Shown: positions 47,269 through 52,630 of the stretch, piece after piece
Position numbering within the stretch: the first letter of the stretch is position 1
Layout: each line of letters starts with the position of its first letter
DNA from: an uncultured Luteolibacter sp.
Lineage (GTDB): Bacteria > Verrucomicrobiota > Verrucomicrobiia > Verrucomicrobiales > Akkermansiaceae
Assembly (NCBI GenBank): GCA_964639755.1
Contig: CAZXHZ010000020.1
Coordinates: 1 to 52,630, forward strand
Length of the DNA stretch: 52,630 nucleotides
Direction of reading: 5' to 3'
Program-made: the position numbers and the translations under genes
The notes under the pieces: model-generated
What the model saw: the letters and a program-made list of their open reading frames with translations, nothing else
Told to the model about the DNA's origin: nothing
Database searches by the model: none

Positions 47269-47963
47269 AAACCGATGATCCAAAAGCGGTGCCGCATGTG
47301 ATCGTGCGTGATGCGTGGAAGAGCTTCGACCGCGGCAGGATCGAGGTGCTGCGTGGCATCAGCATCGAAATCGCACACGGCGAAGTGGTGGCCTTGCTGG
47401 GTGCTTCGGGCTGTGGCAAGTCGACTTTGCTCAATGTGATTTCCGGACTCGAGCCAGTCGAAAGCGGTGAGGTGCTGGTGGATGGTCGCGTGGTCGGCGA
47501 CGAGTCGTCGCGCATCGGTCTGCTGCGGCATCACATCGGTTATGTGTTCCAGCTGCATCACCTGATGCCCGATCTGACGCTGCGCGAAAATTGCCTCGTG
47601 CCGGTGGTTGCCGCGCGCGGTGATCGCAAGGCAGGCATTATGCGTCTCAACGAACTCGCTATTGCGACAGGCATCGATCACCGCCTTGGCCAGCGCGTGC
47701 GCGAGTTGTCCGGTGGTGAGCGTCAGCGCGGTGCCTTGGTTCGTGCATTGATGAATGATCCGCGGCTTTTGCTTTGTGACGAACCAACCGGCGCGCTCGA
47801 TGAAAGCAATCGCGAGAAAGTTTTCAGTCTTCTGCTCGATCTAGCGCGCGCGGGTGGCAGGACGCTGATCATTGCGACGCACGATCCTGCAATCGCGGAG
47901 CGCTGCGACCGGATGATCCGCATTCGTGACGGCAAGATTGCCGAGGAGGGCGTGGGTTCATGA
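47265..47963 (+). CDS. ABC transporter ATP-binding protein (LolD/MacB type)
   Basis: GASGCGKST, GYVFQ.HHL, LSGGERQR, LLCDEPTGALD and ATHD. ATGA-coupled. Confidence 0.95.
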   Translation: MKTDDPKAVPHVIVRDAWKSFDRGRIEVLRGISIEIAHGEVVALLGASGCGKSTLLNVISGLEPVESGEVLVDGRVVGDESSRIGLLRHHIGYVFQLHHLMPDLTLRENCLVPVVAARGDRKAGIMRLNELAIATGIDHRLGQRVRELSGGERQRGALVRALMNDPRLLLCDEPTGALDESNREKVFSLLLDLARAGGRTLIIATHDPAIAERCDRMIRIRDGKIAEEGVGS

Positions 47964-49189
47964 GCAAGTGCGGCGATGATCCGGTGCGTGATGCCTGTGG
48001 TCATGCGCTGGCATGGTTGGCCGTGGCAAATGGCGTGGGTTTGTGGCTGGCCTTGATGCTCTGGTTTCCGGCGCTTAATCACAGCGAGTGGACTTATGGC
48101 CGCTGGGTGCCGGTGCATTTGAACCTGCAACTCTATGGATGGACCTCGCTGCCCTTGATCGCGTGGTTGTTCCGATTGTACAAAGCTGATGCCGAGTCAA
48201 TACGCCCATGGGCCAGCGCCGCGTTGTGGGCATGGTCGGCGGCCTTGATAGTTGGCGCGCTTTCATGGATCTCGGGCATGACCTCGGGAAAAATTTTTCT
48301 CGATTGGAGCGGTGACGCCTTGGCCTCGTTTCTCATCGCGCAGGTGATCTTGTGGCTCGTGCTAGTGGCGGCGTGGAAAAGGAATCAATCGACATGGGAT
48401 GACAAATGGCGCATGGGATTGCTGGTGGCGCTGATGTCATTGGGGATGGTGCCTGTTTCGTTGTGGTTTGCATCGTCACCTGCGGTGTATCCACCGGTCG
48501 ATCGCAGCACGGGTGGCCCGACGGGTGCGAGCTTGTTGGGATCGTCGTTGATCGTGGTGGGCTTGATGCTGGCGATGCCGCGCGTCGCGCGCTTGGTGGG
48601 TCATGGCATCAGGGGCTCATGGCTGTGGATTTACTTTGGAATTTCGTGGTTGGCATTTTTCATTTTCGAACACATCGGTGGCACGCATCGCGATGTGTGC
48701 CAATTGATATCGATGGCGATGCTGTTGCCATGGATGTGGATCATTCCGCGCGATTGGTCGGGCTATGATTGGCCTGCATCATCAAAAAGTTGGCGGCATG
48801 CGATGATCGCATGGTGGGGCCTGCTCGTGCTGAGCGGATGGCTGATGTATCAGCCGGGCGTGCTCGATCGCGTAAAATTCACGCAGGCCTTGGTCGGCCA
48901 CTCGCATCTCGCGATGGCGGGCTTCACCTCGTCGTTTTGCATGTTGTTGATGGGCCTGCTTACCGGGTCCTGCGTTGGTTCGCGGTGGTCAGTGCTGATT
49001 TGGAACATGGCCGTGCTTGGTATGGTGATCGCACTGAAAATATCCGGCTGGCTCGAAGGTGATGGATGGTTATGGATGCTTGAAGCGCCGCTTTGGCGTG
49101 AGATTGGGTGGGTTGTTCGTGCGGGCTGTGGATTGGTAATGTGGCTGATATCCGTGAAGTGGTGGCTCGATTGGAATCAAAGATCATGA
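47960..49189 (+). CDS. Divergent CcoN/heme-copper-oxidase subunit I-like polytopic membrane protein lacking CuB histidines
   Basis: TYGRWVPVHLNLQLYGW (cf. CcoN FGRLRPLHTN..I.AF), GMTSGKIFLDW (cf. G.T..KEYAE) and FTQALVGHSHLAMAGF (cf. YTDW.IGHVH...LGW). No helix-VI His or HH pair. Confidence 0.72.
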   Translation: MSKCGDDPVRDACGHALAWLAVANGVGLWLALMLWFPALNHSEWTYGRWVPVHLNLQLYGWTSLPLIAWLFRLYKADAESIRPWASAALWAWSAALIVGALSWISGMTSGKIFLDWSGDALASFLIAQVILWLVLVAAWKRNQSTWDDKWRMGLLVALMSLGMVPVSLWFASSPAVYPPVDRSTGGPTGASLLGSSLIVVGLMLAMPRVARLVGHGIRGSWLWIYFGISWLAFFIFEHIGGTHRDVCQLISMAMLLPWMWIIPRDWSGYDWPASSKSWRHAMIAWWGLLVLSGWLMYQPGVLDRVKFTQALVGHSHLAMAGFTSSFCMLLMGLLTGSCVGSRWSVLIWNMAVLGMVIALKISGWLEGDGWLWMLEAPLWREIGWVVRAGCGLVMWLISVKWWLDWNQRS

Positions 49190-49575
49190 ACAAGAGAAAT
49201 TGGGACATCGTGTGGAGTGCAGGGGTCGGGCTGATGGATCTTTGCACCGGCTTGGTTTTGATCTTTGCGCCGGGTCTGGTTTTTTCCGTCTTTGGCATGC
49301 GAGTTGATGAAGCGGCGACAGATTTTGTGAATTGGGTGGGCGCATTCGTCTTTGCGGTTGGCTTGAGTTATGCCTGGGCTTTGTCACGCGAATCGCTGCC
49401 AGTGGTGTGGAAAATCACGGGTCTGGTGAGGTCGGTGATCGCCATGTTTCTCATCGGCAAGGTGCTTGCTGGATCGATGCCTGCAAATTGGTTGGGTGTT
49501 GCCGTATGCGATGGCTTTGTGGCCTGGGTGCAGTTTGTGGTTTTGTGGCGGCGAAGGATGGGAGGTAGTTCATGA
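49186..49575 (+). CDS. Small 4-TM hypothetical membrane protein
   Basis: 129-aa hydrophobic ORF with ATGA overlaps at both ends, inside the operon. Confidence 0.75.
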   Translation: MNKRNWDIVWSAGVGLMDLCTGLVLIFAPGLVFSVFGMRVDEAATDFVNWVGAFVFAVGLSYAWALSRESLPVVWKITGLVRSVIAMFLIGKVLAGSMPANWLGVAVCDGFVAWVQFVVLWRRRMGGSS

Positions 49576-51395
49576 CGATGCTTTCCATGCGTGCGGTGTT
49601 GGTGATTGCGGGGGTCTATGGATTTTTCCTGATCTTTGCGCAGTTCGCTTTTGTGGAATTGATGCGAAGTGCCGGTGTATCCAGCACGACAGAGAAAGTG
49701 GTGCTTGGCATCATGGCGCTTTCAGGAATTGCCGCGGGGTTTCTTGCAGCCAAGCGCGGACCCAGTGTGCGGTCACTGCGCATCGCATTGATGGTCGCGG
49801 CGATGGTCGCGGCAACGAGCCCTTTCGCGCGATCGGTGCCCGCAGGTTTTTGGATTTCGGCGCTGTTCACCGGCGGTGCGTTGGGGGTGATCACAGTCAA
49901 CCTCGCCGCCATGCTTCGACGCTGGTGCGGGCTGATGAGCGTGGGCGTTGGCGTTGGGCTTGGATATGCAATTTGCAATTTGCCGCCGGTCTTCATGTCG
50001 GGCGCCGTGCATCAATCGTTTTTCGCAGCGGGCTTTGCCATGATCGCATGCCTTGCGGTGCCGTGTGATGGAGAAGCAGCAGCGGACGAGTGGTTGTCGC
50101 CGAGTTACGGGAGGCTGCCATTAATCGCGGCTTTGTTGGGTCTCACCGCTCTCGTGTGGCTCGACTCGGCGGCATTTTTCATCATTCAGCATACGCATGA
50201 TTTGAAAGAATCGACATGGGGTGAGGCTTTGTTGTGGCGCAACGCTGCGGTGCATCTCGGTGGGGCGATACTCGCCGGATGGTGGATGAAAAAATCTTTC
50301 GGCCGCGGGCTCATGCTTTGCTCTTGGGCTTTGCTGGCGCTCGCGGCTTTGCTGGTGAATTCGTCTGATGGTCGCAGCGTCGCGGGTTGGCTTTATCCGC
50401 TCGGCGTGTCGTTGTATTCGGCGATGCTGGTGGCGGTGCCGGGTTGGTTTTCTGACGCGAAAGACGCGCGTGCGGCGGCGTGGCGTGCGGCGTGGATTTT
50501 TTCGGTCGCCGGATGGTTTGGTTCGGCCAATGGAATCGCGATGGCCGGTGAATTGCAGCGGGTGCCGGTCATGTTCATCATCATCGCCGGCATTTGCGTG
50601 TGGCTTGCCACAGGTTTTTCCAAAGCACTGCGTTGGCGCGACTGGCTCATGGTCGCGTTGGTGGTCTTGCCGGCGTTGATTACAGGTCGTGCCAAAAATG
50701 CTTCGGCAAAAATTGCGCCGACACCGATCGAGCGTGGTCGTGCGGTGTATGTGGCGGAAGGATGCATCAACTGCCACTCGCAGTATGTGCGTCCGATCGT
50801 GCTCGATGAGGCAACATGGGGAAGCGCCGGCAAGCTCCAGCAAGTGCTCGCAGGCAAGCCGGTACTGATCGGCAATCGTCGCCAAGGGCCTGACCTTCAG
50901 CATGTGGGACTGCGTCGTTCGGAGGCGTGGTTGAAAATCCATTTCATCGAACCCCGAACTCTCGTACCTGATAGCGTGATGCCTTCCTACGCGCATCTTT
51001 TCAATGATCAACGCGGCGATGATCTGGTGGATTATCTCAAATCGCTCGGCGCGGATCGCGCTTTTGAAATCATTGGCGAGCGCGAAAAATGGCAGCCTTC
51101 GATGAGTGCGAAACAGGCGGATGCCAAACATCTTTTTGCAAACCATTGTGCCGCGTGCCACGGTTGCGATGCACGAGGCGGTGGCAAGCTCGCCAGTCGT
51201 TTGATCCGACCGCCCACAAATCTTGTCGATGGTCCCTATCTCTGGACTGCTGGTGAAGGAAAAGACGCATGGCAACGCATCGCACGAACGATCAAGTTTG
51301 GTCTTCCCGGAACCGACATGCCGGGCCATGAGGTCTTTGACGATGCGATGATCCGTGCGCTGACCGATGAGCTGATGTCGTGGCGCGTGAAGTGA
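49572..51395 (+). CDS. Fusion of an MFS-like membrane domain, a CcoO/FixO-type cytochrome c and a second cytochrome c
   Basis: About 370-aa multi-TM N-terminus, then GRAVYVAEGCINCHSQYVRP...GNRRQGPDL...W...H...PR..VP.S.MPSY (CcoO) and CAACH...GLPGTDMPG. Confidence 0.85.
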   Translation: MTMLSMRAVLVIAGVYGFFLIFAQFAFVELMRSAGVSSTTEKVVLGIMALSGIAAGFLAAKRGPSVRSLRIALMVAAMVAATSPFARSVPAGFWISALFTGGALGVITVNLAAMLRRWCGLMSVGVGVGLGYAICNLPPVFMSGAVHQSFFAAGFAMIACLAVPCDGEAAADEWLSPSYGRLPLIAALLGLTALVWLDSAAFFIIQHTHDLKESTWGEALLWRNAAVHLGGAILAGWWMKKSFGRGLMLCSWALLALAALLVNSSDGRSVAGWLYPLGVSLYSAMLVAVPGWFSDAKDARAAAWRAAWIFSVAGWFGSANGIAMAGELQRVPVMFIIIAGICVWLATGFSKALRWRDWLMVALVVLPALITGRAKNASAKIAPTPIERGRAVYVAEGCINCHSQYVRPIVLDEATWGSAGKLQQVLAGKPVLIGNRRQGPDLQHVGLRRSEAWLKIHFIEPRTLVPDSVMPSYAHLFNDQRGDDLVDYLKSLGADRAFEIIGEREKWQPSMSAKQADAKHLFANHCAACHGCDARGGGKLASRLIRPPTNLVDGPYLWTAGEGKDAWQRIARTIKFGLPGTDMPGHEVFDDAMIRALTDELMSWRVK

Positions 51396-51413
51396 TTTCC
51401 GCGCGCTGATCTT

Positions 51414-52391
51414 TCAATATCGCGGAATTTCCCACGATTGGCCGATGTGGCCTGCAATGAATTTTTCTGCAGCGATGTTTCTTGCTTCGAGCGCGGCGCT
51501 CAAGCGTAGCGGTGGTTCGCCTATTGGTTCGTCGGTGAGCTTGAAGGTGCCCCAGTGCATCGCGACGGCTTTGCGGCATCCGCTTTCGACAAAGGCCTCG
51601 ACGGCTTCTTCGGGATTCATGTGCATCGCTTGCATGATGCCGCGGGGAGCGTACGCACCGATAGGGATCATGCCGAAATCGATCGGCCCGTGACGCACTT
51701 CAATTTCATGAAAGGCGGGGCAATAGCCTGTGTCACCCGCATGCCAGAGTTTGCAGCCGGCATCTTGGATCAACCATCCGCACCAGTGGCCGAGGTCACG
51801 ATCCCATAGGCTTCGTGCGGTAAAATGCTGCGCTGGTGTGGCAGTGATTGTGATCTCATCGTTGATCGCGTGTTCGCCGTGCCAGGGGATCTCGATGACA
51901 TTGCGAAAGCCCTTTTTCGCAAGCCAACGCGCATGACCCTGCGGCGTGATCAAGCGCATCTCTGTGCCGAGTTGCCTCAGCGTTTGGATATCGAGATGAT
52001 CGTAATGCGAATGAGTGAGCAGCACGGCATCGATTTTTGGAAGGTCTGTCACGCGGCAGGGTGCCGCTGTTTTGCGACGAAGCTGGGGCAGGGGAAGGGG
52101 AGCGCAGTAATCAGCAAATACGGGATCGATCAGCAGCGAGATGGTCCGCGATTGCACGAGGAACGAAGAATGCCCAAGCCATGTCGCACGCCATGATCCA
52201 TCGATCGGCGGCTGCAGGCTTGAAGCATCAAGTCTGAGGCATTGCGGCAAAGACATGGCCTCGGGCCCAGGCGCCTTCCGCCACTTCAACAAAGAGCCGA
52301 GCTTCCAGCGAAGAATGTCGGTAACCCCATGACCCTGATGGTCCCATGGGTTTGTGAACTTGCCGTTTTTACCAGTCATTCGCCGATGCAA
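51414..52391 (-). CDS. MBL-fold metallo-hydrolase (NAPE-PLD/RomA-like)
   Basis: TWLGHSS, LIDPVF, THSHYDHLD, TPAQHF, AGDTGY, PIGAY.P, HMNPEEA and HWGTF.LTDE. Start may be 52379. Confidence 0.9.
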   Translation of the reverse strand: MHRRMTGKNGKFTNPWDHQGHGVTDILRWKLGSLLKWRKAPGPEAMSLPQCLRLDASSLQPPIDGSWRATWLGHSSFLVQSRTISLLIDPVFADYCAPLPLPQLRRKTAAPCRVTDLPKIDAVLLTHSHYDHLDIQTLRQLGTEMRLITPQGHARWLAKKGFRNVIEIPWHGEHAINDEITITATPAQHFTARSLWDRDLGHWCGWLIQDAGCKLWHAGDTGYCPAFHEIEVRHGPIDFGMIPIGAYAPRGIMQAMHMNPEEAVEAFVESGCRKAVAMHWGTFKLTDEPIGEPPLRLSAALEARNIAAEKFIAGHIGQSWEIPRY

Positions 52392-52569
52392 GTTCTTCCA
52401 AAAGTTGCACTAGATCGAATGAAAAAATATTGAAAATGATGCACTGACAAAGTCAGCCATTTGCTGACGAGTTACTTGTTTTTACAACAAATGCCTAGGT
52501 ACCTTCATTCCACCTTCCCTAGGGTAAATTCTCCTTAATGGAGAGATAAATATTGGATCAAAAATAAAG

Positions 52570-52630
52570 TGGCGGAGGGGGTGGGATTCGAACCCACGGG
52601 ACCTTGCGGCCCTCCGGTTTTCAAGACCGG
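52570..52630 (-). tRNA. tRNA-Ser(TGA), 3' two-thirds only; the 5' part lies beyond the window
   Basis: Minus strand reads CCGGT-CT-TGA-AA-ACCGG (anticodon arm), a long variable arm AGGGCCGCAAGGTCCC, the T arm GTGGGTTCGAATCCCAC, and CCCCTCCG-CCA. Confidence 0.95.

Noticed and set aside
50121-51329. 402-aa antisense ORF, and similar ones such as 9165-10100, 42346-43143, 25772-26551 and 20884-21660
   Set aside because: They lie opposite well-supported genes, have no motifs, and are typical shadow ORFs of GC-rich codon usage.
47960-51395. Canonical cbb3 oxidase (ccoNOQP) or NO reductase
   Set aside because: The CuB/FeB histidines are missing, there is no ccoQ/ccoGHIS or norQD, and the CcoO domain is fused to a large membrane domain.
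52392-52630. tRNA-anchored genomic island
   Set aside because: No integrase lies next to the tRNA 3' end, and I saw no duplicated tRNA 3' end (att site) in the window.
1-52630. CRISPR arrays, IS elements, prophage genes, rRNA
   Set aside because: I found no regularly spaced direct repeats, transposase/integrase/phage motifs or rRNA-like sequence, and intergenic gaps are short.

Overview
Gene-dense bacterial chromosome segment, most likely Verrucomicrobiota (Luteolibacter/Verrucomicrobiales-like). This is inferred from a PEP-CTERM protein, a Planctomycete/Verrucomicrobia-type small protein and a DPxAAxxW-repeat protein. Left to right: housekeeping genes (metX, an FHA protein, a D-Ala-D-Ala carboxypeptidase, pfkA); an L-arabinose/beta-L-arabinofuranoside locus (SSS transporter, araDAB, LacI regulator, lipoprotein mutarotase, SASA esterase, two GH127/GH146-like enzymes); a mixed block (HAD hydrolase, TonB-dependent receptor, cytochrome c-PQQ sugar dehydrogenase, L,D-transpeptidase, HNH protein, hprK, FmdB, PEP-CTERM); an NhaR-like LysR gene divergent from a terC-purK-purE-sbtA operon; glgB; a multicopper oxidase/beta-barrel fusion; two more SASA esterases; a 7-gene operon behind a strong Fur-type box; an MBL hydrolase; and a tRNA-Ser(TGA) cut by the window end. 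The best candidate for an undescribed system is 43970-51395. It encodes YceI, an atypical polyprenyl synthase, a MacB/LolCDE-type ABC transporter, a CcoN-like protein that keeps its heme ligands but lacks the CuB histidines, a small membrane protein and a membrane domain-CcoO-cytochrome c fusion. The terC-purKE-sbtA bicarbonate/alkali module ranks second. I found no CRISPR array, IS element or integrase. All calls come from motif recognition by eye; no database searches were run. Several start codons were moved from the ORF track to more plausible downstream ATGs.
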